64,000 nucleotides of DNA from an uncultured virus (IMG/VR IMGVR_UViG_3300032722_000013). Taxonomy: Duplodnaviria > Heunggongvirae > Uroviricota > Caudoviricetes. Location: IMG/VR virus record IMGVR_UViG_3300032722_000013; one strand, written 5' to 3'. Both the position numbers and the translations under genes were made by a program. A model generated the notes under the pieces. The model searched no databases, was not told the DNA's origin, and worked only from the letters and a program-made list of their open reading frames with translations. Below are positions 30,301 through 38,498 of the stretch, piece after piece; the stretch's first letter is position 1, and each line of letters starts with the position of its first letter.

Positions 30301-30501
30301 TGCGACGGTTACACCGTCTTTGAGGGTGCTCCGAACATGCTGGCAAGACTAACTTCAATACCCGCAGCTCCAGCTCCCGCGAACCCTGGTGCTCCTGCTG
30401 GAGCAGGCGCCCAGGCGTCGTCATCGAATGCTGCGCCCGCGCCTCCATCCGCTCCTACGGGTCAATCAGGAACGAGTGCCACTACGCCGCCTGGACAGTA
30501 G
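27304..30501 (+). CDS. Baseplate hub protein (gp27-like)
   Basis: WLTYGW; C-terminal LTMTTLGNP...QQFFIDFQTGTTLDNMY....LTHNFTPGKFET; follows the LysM gene. Confidence 0.7.
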   Translation: MADPGSSTSSPGATPATQPAAGATTAAGAPATGGTAPSFASIEQIFQMFSPSDLLGTQLPNLGGPLDKLNNMYAQLVSILENDGRGVLTIADIVTAINSLATQPVAPTAGGGTPSPPFKIYDHFSIWTMGGKPALGNGAAASPDPRAYASSLSSGSTVVASLAQIIGADFVAKTDPKAPMPVMSVICSYSPFFSPASRNTKRVSTFLNAMPSTVLSQLVPFMQAEFQFSRSPSNQLQSPSQLKLLMGAADITQTLFGTANSAMAQAHQFGASSTAQPGTDPAPSALDYVGMELFTSPITLTNPQPNLSSNGGLRYVDVLDPYRPFASLEHVTVSSVPSGAGFYCYKKANMSIKVHDRSRLNEIADLLRPWLYTGVTIWLTYGWRAPTRPTGGSASINPYFEYINNNMMIREAYHVMNSSFTLDHIGQTVINLELYTKGVAELRDLKISDQNGDMAYRTKQLQYLIDDISRLRQALKLDPPEGLNKEIRVYQLLDAAESGQAPDFSGASTVIANLQSALQTTHPGDSSADALIKDLKTLYAPAKTPASKFNSIAGMEARLTQIVASLIKELHLVDNDPFLPTATGAANDQSTLAQLCDKAKLNGSKEGIVSFGKLFCTVALRNCASLPSVTDEVQIFFYNLNEHCGPLSCHNISSFPIDVHDFTEALKDEIKSKGSESIKLEDFLSLVINSQFLDKRSIGYGLRQFYDVVPGSKPIEYTVNKEGDFDKKLTQYSNTYGPFALPAVEVYVEMSHKKTNTAGECDIMQLVNFPGPSNPGITIGDSQKNASTKIMRIHIYDKQTNTNAMATQLLKASTSSGQVSGFLEANPGLDDYQKAHSAGTNLSMTAAALNKLVPGLSLNVDDKQKVTLTNISNFTSNQMVKDTVSQLVPSIRFGANGTTITQANLTSKAEPLLSTVQMQRNQTVKNDTQPNGSGPLGIPGRVIPAQLTMTTLGNPLATMAQQFFIDFQTGTTLDNMYITTALTHNFTPGKFETSWTFGFCDGYTVFEGAPNMLARLTSIPAAPAPANPGAPAGAGAQASSSNAAPAPPSAPTGQSGTSATTPPGQ

Positions 30502-30539
30502 GTGTGACCTTTTGTCACTTCAAGTGATATGATGGGCAC

Positions 30540-31745
30540 ATGTCCCGTTTCTGTCTCGACGCTGCCATCATAGGCACTGACAGGCACCTGATCGTCGACA
30601 ACGAGGCATACTCGTGGTCGAGCGTCGTGCCACCCGAGACGCTGCATCTCACCGGTTATGTCAAGGCCGACACTGTCTGGTGCCTCGACACTGCGTTACG
30701 CCTCTCAGGATTGAAGATCGACATCAGCCCGCCCGCACGGTTCGTCAAGGCAATGTCGTCGCTGGACGTCCCGTCACCCATCCCGTGGTCGAAGGTGATG
30801 CCCGCGTCAGAGCACCGGTGCTTCGTAAAAAAGCTGACCGAGGAACTAAGGATGGCCATGGCAAAGGCCTCGCTGGATTATTACAGGGACACGTGGGTGA
30901 CCGGCAACGGCCTGCTCAAGGCCCTCAAGCCGGTGAAGGTGGACAAATTATCCTGGCAACGGTTGATGCTCGCTCGGGCAGGCAACGTGGCTGCCACGCG
31001 GTCGTTCGAGCCTGACGACGACGGGTTCGCTGCACCCGTCACGTACGATCGATTCAAGACGTTGACAGGGCGTTTGACAGTCGTCTCAGGCCCTCAGATT
31101 CTGACGTTGAAGCGAGAGCACAGGAACATCATGAGGTCCGTCCACGGTGAGGACGGCACGATCGTCGCCCTTGACTTCGCAGCGTTGGAGGCACGTGTTC
31201 TCCTGTACGAGCACGGACGCAACTGCGATGAGCTTGACCTGTACGGAATGATCGCGAAAGAGCTCGGGGCTGACAGGAAGGCTATCAAGGGCGCGGTCAT
31301 CAGTGAGCTCTACGGGAGCAGCAAGAAGGCGCTTGGGATCGTGCTCGGCATGGAAGGAAAGGTGCTCAACGACTTCGTCAAGAGGGTCAGGTTGTATTTC
31401 AACACGAAGGAGCTCTTGAAGCGAGTGAAGAAGCAGTTCCTTGAGACGGGAAAGGTCGTGAATCGCTATGGCAGGCAGGTCCTCATCGATGAGCCCCTTG
31501 ACCACATCATGATCAACTATTATGCCCAGAGCACAGGTGTTGACGTGACGATGATGGGTTTCAAGCAGATCGTCGATCGACTTGCAGCGTCCGCGCCACG
31601 GGTCAGGCCTCTGTTCCTCCTTCATGATGCAATCATCCTTGACGTTCACTACGATGATCTTCCGCTGGTGAGAGCCATCGACAGGGTCAGGGTGAAGGGC
31701 TACGTCCAACACTTCCCGTTGAAGTACGATGAGATCAGCGTTTGA
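30540..31745 (+). CDS. Short family A DNA polymerase (polymerase domain only)
   Basis: TGRL, motif A LDFAALEARVL, motif B RKAIK...LYG, NYYAQST, motif C LHDAII. Confidence 0.85.
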   Translation: MSRFCLDAAIIGTDRHLIVDNEAYSWSSVVPPETLHLTGYVKADTVWCLDTALRLSGLKIDISPPARFVKAMSSLDVPSPIPWSKVMPASEHRCFVKKLTEELRMAMAKASLDYYRDTWVTGNGLLKALKPVKVDKLSWQRLMLARAGNVAATRSFEPDDDGFAAPVTYDRFKTLTGRLTVVSGPQILTLKREHRNIMRSVHGEDGTIVALDFAALEARVLLYEHGRNCDELDLYGMIAKELGADRKAIKGAVISELYGSSKKALGIVLGMEGKVLNDFVKRVRLYFNTKELLKRVKKQFLETGKVVNRYGRQVLIDEPLDHIMINYYAQSTGVDVTMMGFKQIVDRLAASAPRVRPLFLLHDAIILDVHYDDLPLVRAIDRVRVKGYVQHFPLKYDEISV

Positions 31746-31770
31746 ACAAGACGACCCATGAGGGTACCAT
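31742..31770 (+). promoter_or_regulatory. Sigma70-like early/middle promoter, representative copy
   Basis: TTGAAC-N17-TACCAT; similar at ~32742 (TTGAAC-N17-TAGGAT), 44221, 45705, 51753 (TGTAAA-N17-TAGGAT), 56291, 36551, 49878, 62391. Confidence 0.7.
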
Positions 31771-31776
31771 TTGAAC

Positions 31777-32400
31777 ATGTTGACGCCCGAACATATTGAG
31801 ACGAACTGGAAGCGATTCTATGCACTGTGTGGAAAGCTGGGTGACCGTTCAGAATCCGTCATCGCAATGTTGGATGAGCTGGACGAGCGCCTGTGCCTGT
31901 GTCCGGGTTCTGCAAAGAGGGACTATCACGGAGCCTTCCCTGGAGGCCTGGTCGATCACTCCTTGCGGGTCCTGAACAACCTCGTCATCCTGAACAAGTC
32001 CTACGACTGGCGATTGTCAAAGGACAGCATGATCATCACTGCACTGTTCCACGATCTGGGAAAGATCGGGATGCCGGGTAAGGACAGTGACAACGACTTC
32101 TATCGTCCTCAGATCGACACCTGGCGCAAGGAGAAGATGGGTGAGGAATACTCGTACAACAACGCCCTTCTTTACATGACGACTCCTGATCGCACTGTCT
32201 TCGTCCTCCAACACTACGGTGTCAAGCTCTCTCCTGACGAGGCGATTGCGATCAAACTCAATGATGGGTTTGTGCTGCAGGAAAATCGTCCCTACTGCCT
32301 GAAGATCTCGCCCCTCGTCTTTGGTCTCATGACTGCGGATTACATCTCGACGATGGAGGAAAAACACGTCGATTTTTGGCCTCACGCCGCATCGGAGTGA
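31777..32400 (+). CDS. HD-domain phosphohydrolase (YhaM-like)
   Basis: YHGAFPGGLVDHSLRV...ALFHDLGK...AD. Confidence 0.85.
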   Translation: MLTPEHIETNWKRFYALCGKLGDRSESVIAMLDELDERLCLCPGSAKRDYHGAFPGGLVDHSLRVLNNLVILNKSYDWRLSKDSMIITALFHDLGKIGMPGKDSDNDFYRPQIDTWRKEKMGEEYSYNNALLYMTTPDRTVFVLQHYGVKLSPDEAIAIKLNDGFVLQENRPYCLKISPLVFGLMTADYISTMEEKHVDFWPHAASE

Positions 32401-32466
32401 ACTGCAGAATGTGTCACCTGACCGGTCTTTTTCCTCACAGTTCCATCGTCACGCCTATTTATGAGC

Positions 32467-32715
32467 ATGGGCCAAAGGGCATTACTCATCCGTTACCTCC
32501 GAGCGTTGATCGCAGAGGAGAACAACGCGAGGGTTCCCAATCAGCTCATCTCGCCTGACACGGCGAGCGATGACAATGGTCAAGATGAAGAGGCTGAGCT
32601 CGATGAATTCTGCGGCGCAGGTGGCGGCGGAAACTCTATTGGGAACGGCAACGTCATGGGCTACTCAGGTGGCTCTAGCGAAGGTGACAAAAAGAGCAAG
32701 ATGGTCAGGAAGTAG
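32467..32715 (+). CDS. Small acidic/Gly-rich protein with capsid-targeting-like leader
   Basis: LLIRYLRALIAEE; CTATTTA at 32455. Confidence 0.6.
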   Translation: MGQRALLIRYLRALIAEENNARVPNQLISPDTASDDNGQDEEAELDEFCGAGGGGNSIGNGNVMGYSGGSSEGDKKSKMVRK

Positions 32716-32836
32716 AAAAGAACTTCATCCCGTAAAAGGATGTTGAACAGGAATAAGAGTTGAAGTAGGATTCGTTTACCTGCACGGTGCAGGTGATGCA
32801 TCATTCGGACATTGCACAAGAATACAAGAGGACAAG

Positions 32837-33736
32837 ATGGCGATCAATCTAGAGGCGATTCGTAAGCGTATTGGTGAGATGAGCGGGCAGGGCAGGGTCC
32901 AGCTGTGGAAGCCTGCACAGGGTAAGCACAAGATCCGCGTGGTCCCCTGGAAGAACTCTGCTGACGGCATGCCGTTCCTCGAGCGACGCTACTACTACAT
33001 CGGAGACGCACCCAGGTTCTTGGCGCCCGTGCAGTTCGGCAAGCCTGACCCGGTGAATGATCTCATCAAGAAGTGCTACGCAAGTGGCAAGCCCGAAGAC
33101 AGGGAGCTTGCGAAGCTTCTGCACTCCAAGATGGCAGCGTACATGGCGCTCATCGACCGTGCAGACGTCGAAAAAGGCGTCCAAGTGTGGGGATTCAACT
33201 CGTTCGTTTACCAGCAGTTGCTGGCGATCTTCGACGAGGAGGGCGTCGGTGACTACACCGATCCCGAGAACGGTTTCGACCTGATCGTGACGATCAGCCC
33301 CTCGAAGAGGATGTTCAAGGGCAAGCCCGTCATGGACATGGTGCCCAAGGCGTCACGTACGCAGACGAAGCTTTCGGATGATCCTGCTCAAGTTGCGAAG
33401 TGGCTCGAAGGACAGCCGAACATCGATGACCTGTACCCGCAGAAGACAACTGTTGAGATCGAGCAGATCTTGAACACCTGGCTTGCCAGCGGCGCGACGG
33501 TCAAGGCATCCGCAGGCGATGATGAAGGCACGGAACGTGGCAGTGGTAAGGCAAGCGTTGACGTCCTCGACAAGATCGCTGAGGACGTGAAGTCAGCTGT
33601 CAAGCCCGCAGCCCGTCGCGTCACCAAGCCGAAGACTGATGTCGATGTTGATGGTGAGGATTCGACGACAACCGCTCCCAAGCAGACGCTCGACGATGCA
33701 TTCGACGAGATCATGAAGGACGAAGCGGAAGCGTGA
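32837..33736 (+). CDS. Single-stranded DNA-binding protein (T4 gp32-like)
   Basis: WKP..GKHKIRVVP...PF...GVQVWGF...GDYTDPENGFDL; acidic C-terminal tail; upstream of the recombinase. Confidence 0.8.
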   Translation: MAINLEAIRKRIGEMSGQGRVQLWKPAQGKHKIRVVPWKNSADGMPFLERRYYYIGDAPRFLAPVQFGKPDPVNDLIKKCYASGKPEDRELAKLLHSKMAAYMALIDRADVEKGVQVWGFNSFVYQQLLAIFDEEGVGDYTDPENGFDLIVTISPSKRMFKGKPVMDMVPKASRTQTKLSDDPAQVAKWLEGQPNIDDLYPQKTTVEIEQILNTWLASGATVKASAGDDEGTERGSGKASVDVLDKIAEDVKSAVKPAARRVTKPKTDVDVDGEDSTTTAPKQTLDDAFDEIMKDEAEA

Positions 33737-33747
33737 GATGACGTGGC

Positions 33748-33780
33748 CGAATGGCCCCCGCCCAAAGCGGGGGCCATTCG
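33748..33780 (+). terminator. Perfect 14-bp hairpin between the SSB and recA genes (terminator or processing site)
   Basis: CGAATGGCCCCCGC-CCAAA-GCGGGGGCCATTCG; weak U tract. Confidence 0.65.
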
Positions 33781-33807
33781 TGCATTCTTAGACTTTCTCG
33801 AGGAAAC

Positions 33808-35058
33808 ATGGCAAGAGGAAAGAAGGAAGTCCTCGCGGGCGAGACCACGTCCGCCGCGGATGACATGGACGAACTCACAGCCGGTCTCATCAAAGACCTC
33901 AACCGTGAATTTGGGATGCGCGTAGCGTACAATCTCGCTGAGACTGAAGCGCCTACTATTGTGAAGAGATGGATCAACACGGGCTCGATCCAGATGAACT
34001 ACGCGATTCGCCAGGCTCCCGGTGGTGGGTACCCTGAGGGACGCATCATCGAGATTGCAGGTCCTCCGTCGATCGGCAAGTCGCACCTTGCGTACCACGC
34101 AGCGGCCGTCGTACAGAGGATGGGCGGCATCGTCATCTACATCGACACGGAGAACGCAACGCCCATCGACAAGCTAGCGCTGATGGGGATCAACATCAAG
34201 CGAGGCTTTGTCTACATCGACGAACACTGTACTGAGAACGTGTTCAAGTCGATCGAGCGCACCATCCTGCTCGCAAAGAGCGCGATGGAGAAGAAGAAGG
34301 ACGTCCCTGTCCTGGTGATCTGGGACAGCGTTGCTGCGACGTCACCCCTAGCTGAGCTCGAGGGTGACTACGACAAGGACACGATCGGTCTGCAGGCCCG
34401 GGTCATCAGCAAGGGCATGCGCAAGATCGTCGGTGTCATCGGTCACAACAATGTCACATTGCTGTGCCTCAATCAGCTTCGTTCCGCGATCGGCGTCATG
34501 CATGGCGACCCGGACGTCACTCCAGGTGGAAAGGCAATTCCGTTCCACGCATCGATCCGGATCAGGTTGTCGTCTGGTTCTCAAGTCAAGGACAAGGCCA
34601 ACAACGTCATCGGCATCCACGTCATCATGACGATCAAGAAGAATAAGGTCGCAGCTCCGTTCAGGAAGTACGAATTCGACATCATCTTCGGCAAGGGGAT
34701 CGTCGAGCACGAGTACATCTTCGACAAGCTTCGTGAGCACTGCGAGAAGAACAAGGTGCTGCTTGATCACACGGACGCGAAAGGCAACAAGACACAGCTC
34801 AACGTGTGTATCTCTGGTGTGTCGCAGTGGCGTCTTCTTCAGGTAAATGACGAGGCGTCAGGTGAAGTGCTGGTCGAGAAGAAGTTCTACAAGAGCGACT
34901 TCAAGGAGATCATGGACGATCCGATCTATAAACCATTCATCGACAAGGTCATCGAGAACGCGTACGGTGCCGTGAGCAGCGATGTCATCGAACATGACAC
35001 CGATGATACGCCAACAACTGACGGAGACGAGGAAACGAATGAACCAGAAGAGGCCTGA
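33808..35058 (+). CDS. recA: RecA/UvsX recombinase
   Basis: GYPEGRIIEIAGPPSIGKS, YIDTENA, WDSVAA, LNQLR, TPGGKAIPFHASIRI, KNKVAAPF. Confidence 0.95.
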   Translation: MARGKKEVLAGETTSAADDMDELTAGLIKDLNREFGMRVAYNLAETEAPTIVKRWINTGSIQMNYAIRQAPGGGYPEGRIIEIAGPPSIGKSHLAYHAAAVVQRMGGIVIYIDTENATPIDKLALMGINIKRGFVYIDEHCTENVFKSIERTILLAKSAMEKKKDVPVLVIWDSVAATSPLAELEGDYDKDTIGLQARVISKGMRKIVGVIGHNNVTLLCLNQLRSAIGVMHGDPDVTPGGKAIPFHASIRIRLSSGSQVKDKANNVIGIHVIMTIKKNKVAAPFRKYEFDIIFGKGIVEHEYIFDKLREHCEKNKVLLDHTDAKGNKTQLNVCISGVSQWRLLQVNDEASGEVLVEKKFYKSDFKEIMDDPIYKPFIDKVIENAYGAVSSDVIEHDTDDTPTTDGDEETNEPEEA

Positions 35059-35482
35059 GGTCAAGATCAGGAAGGCTCATCCTGACGTTCCCGATCCTGT
35101 TTATTCGACGCCCGGAGCAGCCGGGTGCGATGTGTTTGCGATCGAGAATACTGCAATCTTCGAAGGATGTAGCATACTCATACACACGGGACTTTTTCTA
35201 GAGGTCCCGGAGGGCTATGAGTGCCAAATCAGGCCCAGGTCCGGACTGGCCGTGAAGAATGGGATCACTGTCGCCAACTCTCCTGGAACACTTGACAGTG
35301 ACTACAGGGGAGAGCTGATGGTGTGTCTGATCAATCACAGTCACAAAGAATACAGGATCAACAGGGGCGATCGCATTGCGCAGCTGGTGTTCGCTCCGGT
35401 CGTGCAGGCAACGTTCGTCAATGTTGATGAACTCAGCGAGACAGAGCGTGGATCCGGTGGTTTCGGATCGACCGGTCAATGA
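35039..35482 (+). CDS. dut: Trimeric dUTPase
   Basis: AAGCD, RPRSGLA, PGTLDSDYRGE, GDRIAQLV, RGSGGFGSTG. Confidence 0.97.
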   Translation: MNQKRPEVKIRKAHPDVPDPVYSTPGAAGCDVFAIENTAIFEGCSILIHTGLFLEVPEGYECQIRPRSGLAVKNGITVANSPGTLDSDYRGELMVCLINHSHKEYRINRGDRIAQLVFAPVVQATFVNVDELSETERGSGGFGSTGQ

Positions 35483-35549
35483 CTGAAAAATCACTCAAGA
35501 CGACTACTTAGACACGCCGCGTATATACACGTGGCTCGGAGCGTAACGC

Positions 35550-35792
35550 ATGAAGAACGCAAAGACACTGCTTGAACTGTGTCGTCAACGTTTCCCATCC
35601 ACTCGTCCTCACCAATCGCATTCCTTGTCACTCAAGGAGGGCACGATGGTCCTGACGCTCATGTTGGGAGACGCGGTACAATCATTCAATCTGGATGAAA
35701 ACGATCTACGTCGTGATCCGATTGAATTGCTGCGTGATCTTGAGAGGCTACACGAAAGGCCTTACGTAGATAGCGATCCGATCATCGCTTAG
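35550..35792 (+). CDS. Hypothetical protein
   Basis: GGAG SD; CTACTTA at 35504. Confidence 0.55.
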   Translation: MKNAKTLLELCRQRFPSTRPHQSHSLSLKEGTMVLTLMLGDAVQSFNLDENDLRRDPIELLRDLERLHERPYVDSDPIIA

Positions 35793-36534
35793 CGTGTTTT
35801 GCGACAGGAACTTCAGCACCTGTTCGTTGTGGATCATCAACTTTTGACGGTGAATCAGGTTCTGATTCGTGATCAGCGGTACCAGCGTCCGTCTTGGGCG
35901 TCTTCTTCTTTGGGTAGTGTTTATCAGCAACGCTCTTCGTGAATCCATAGTCAAGCAGAACAGGATCTCCTGCTGACGTCAATCCCCAAGAGTCGATCTT
36001 GTTGACGTCGCCTCGCATGAGCTTGTTCTGCTTGATTGTCACTGCAGTTGCCTGTGCTAGTTCGCACGCGTCCTTCGCATCGGGTTCACCCCCCAGAACG
36101 TCAGCGATCTGGTTGCAAAATTTGTCGAACGATAGACCAGCAGCGCCCTGGAATTCCTGTTCAGAATCGAACGGCTTCACTAGGTCTGAGATCATCCAGT
36201 TGTAATCTGGATCAAATGATTGTACTTTCGCAACGACATTCTTTGTTTGAGGATTCGTGAACGTATCCACTTCTGCTTCGTTCTGCGCGACACCCTTGTC
36301 ATTCCTTGCGATCTTCAGCGCATACCTGCTGCTGAGCGTGTACACCTCGCGTGAACTACCGCGACCAAGAGGCTCAAGGAACATGTACGCGTACTGCTTC
36401 ATGACTTCTCGGCTGGGCAGTTTCTTGAACTTGTTCAGCTCAAATTTCGACCCAAATGGACTGTATACGCCTCTCTTGGTACGGATCTTCTCAATCAACA
36501 AGGAGACGTACTCTTGCAACAAGTTCCCGTTCAT
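35782..36534 (-). CDS. Protein-kinase-fold protein with capsid-targeting-like leader
   Basis: LGRGSSREVY (Gly loop), YALKIA, QNEAE, GDVNKIDSWG, LLDYG; N-terminus LLQEYVSLLIE; minus-strand CTATTTA 4 nt before the ATG. Confidence 0.7.
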   Translation of the reverse strand: MNGNLLQEYVSLLIEKIRTKRGVYSPFGSKFELNKFKKLPSREVMKQYAYMFLEPLGRGSSREVYTLSSRYALKIARNDKGVAQNEAEVDTFTNPQTKNVVAKVQSFDPDYNWMISDLVKPFDSEQEFQGAAGLSFDKFCNQIADVLGGEPDAKDACELAQATAVTIKQNKLMRGDVNKIDSWGLTSAGDPVLLDYGFTKSVADKHYPKKKTPKTDAGTADHESEPDSPSKVDDPQRTGAEVPVAKHAKR

Positions 36535-36615
36535 GTGTTAAATAGGCGCATGTACTGCGGAGGAAGGACGGAGTAAGATTTTTGTCTGTGCCACTATAGG
36601 TATGTACGGTCGCCA

Positions 36616-37530
36616 ATGTACTTGAGACACTTGACAGCGAAGCTAGCGCTTTACAGATGTGATCAATGCGGAATTGAGTTTAAGCGTTACGTGAAAGATG
36701 CTCTGGAAGTACATCTTTGTTCGCGAGCATGCGTGTCCGAGGCAACAAAGAGAGGTGGCGCAATCTGGAGGAAAACGTCACAGACATGTATGCAGCGTCT
36801 AGGCGTTGAAACGCCATTCGCATCATCTGAGGTGATGACAAAGCAACGTCAGACATGCATTGAGCGTTATGGCGTCGAGAACGTCAATCAGATCCCCGAA
36901 GTACAGAAGAGAACGAAACAGACATGCATTGAACGCTATGGCGTTGAGAACGTGCTGTCATCACCGCAGTTTCGTGAACGCGTAAAGGCTACACTGATAG
37001 AACGATATGGCACAAATCATCCACAACGTATTCCTGAAGTCCAAGAGCGTACACAGAGGACAAATGTAGAGCGATACGGCGTAAAAAATACGCTGTTGCT
37101 AGAACACGCTCGTGAACGTTGTAATTCTCCCGCATCGCACGAAAAACGTTATGAGACTATGAAGCGAAATGGCACGTACGGTCACTCAAAGCCAGAGGAT
37201 CATCTCTACACTCTTCTCATCAACCACTTCGGTGCTGATGATGTTGAGCGCCAGGTGGTACCTCCAGAGTGTACCAAACAGTGGATGATTGACTTTCATG
37301 TCAAATCGCTTGATCTTTACATTCAACTTGATGGTGTTTACTGGCATGGTCTTGATAGACCTATTGACGTCATCGCAGAAGGATTGACAAAGCGCGATGT
37401 GCAGATATACCACAAATATCTTACTGATCGTGCTCAAGACGAGTGGTTCAGGACAAGGGGGCTGAAACTTCTACGGTTGACCGATGTACAGTTGCGTAGC
37501 ATGACGGTATTCGGAGGCACTGATGGATGA
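36616..37530 (+). mobile_element. Homing endonuclease, ERYGVE-repeat/Vsr-like (paralog of 4934)
   Basis: CDQC; repeated TCIERYGVEN; SKPE...IDFHV...IQLDGVYWHGLDRPI. Confidence 0.75.
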
Positions 37531-38482
37531 GCAGCGTCGACCAATTCTAATCGTAGACGCAATGAATCTTTTCGTGAGGAGTTATTGTGCTTATCCCACA
37601 ATGTCGAGTGAAGGCTACCAGATGGGCGGGTGCATCGGCTTCATGAAGACACTGAAGAGGATCACATATGAAACATCGCCTGAGGCGGTGTACGTGTGCT
37701 GGGAAGGTGGTGGAAGTTCTCGAAGAAGAAATCTTCTACCTGAGTACAAGCTGAACCGCGTAGCAGGCAAGCTCAACCGGTTCTATGAGGATGACATTCC
37801 TGACAATGAGGAGAACAGGCAACACCAGGTCATTTCGTTGCTAGGAATGTTGAAGTGTGCTCCTGTGTGTCAGCTATATGCCGCTGACTGTGAGGGTGAC
37901 GATCTGATCGCATACCTATCATGCAGTCCCTTGCGCAATCGTGATAAGATCATCGTGTCTTCTGACAAAGACATGTACCAACTTCTTGATGAAAAGACGA
38001 AACAGTACAGCCTTCACAAGAAAACATTCGTCACGCAGGAGAACGTTCTCGAAGAATTTCGTGTACGCTCAAAGCACTTTGCGATCGCTAAGGCACTGTG
38101 CGGCGACAGAGGAGACAACGTGCCTGGAATCAAGGGTGTCGGATTCAAGGTCGTGTCAAAGCTGTTCCCAATCCTCGGGTTGGATGACAACATCCTGCTG
38201 TCAGACATTTTTGACTACGCACATGCGCACATCGATGAATCACGGATGTACAAGCGCATCATTGACGCCCGTGAGGATGTCATGCGAAATTGGAAACTCG
38301 TGTATCTCAACGGCAACATGGTGCCTGCGAACCAACAGGCAGCGAATGAACAGAGGATCAAAGACTTCGTCCCTCATATGGACAAGCACGGAATGATCAA
38401 GTTGCTGGTGAAGGAGGGGATCGGTGACTTCGACGTCGACGACTTCTTCTTCTCATTCAATTGTATCGCAAACCTTCACTGA
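37523..38482 (+). CDS. 5'-3' exonuclease/flap endonuclease (T4 RNase H-like)
   Basis: LIVDAMN, EYKLNR, EGDDLIA, SSDKDMYQL, GDRGDNVPGIKGVG. Confidence 0.92.
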   Translation: MDEQRRPILIVDAMNLFVRSYCAYPTMSSEGYQMGGCIGFMKTLKRITYETSPEAVYVCWEGGGSSRRRNLLPEYKLNRVAGKLNRFYEDDIPDNEENRQHQVISLLGMLKCAPVCQLYAADCEGDDLIAYLSCSPLRNRDKIIVSSDKDMYQLLDEKTKQYSLHKKTFVTQENVLEEFRVRSKHFAIAKALCGDRGDNVPGIKGVGFKVVSKLFPILGLDDNILLSDIFDYAHAHIDESRMYKRIIDAREDVMRNWKLVYLNGNMVPANQQAANEQRIKDFVPHMDKHGMIKLLVKEGIGDFDVDDFFFSFNCIANLH

Positions 38483-38498
38483 AGATCGGAGACGCTTG

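Noticed and set aside
8581..30501. Bacterial extracellular contractile injection system (two sheaths, tube, LysM, hub)
   Set aside because: Neck genes, a long tape measure and an adjacent full phage replication module indicate a phage tail
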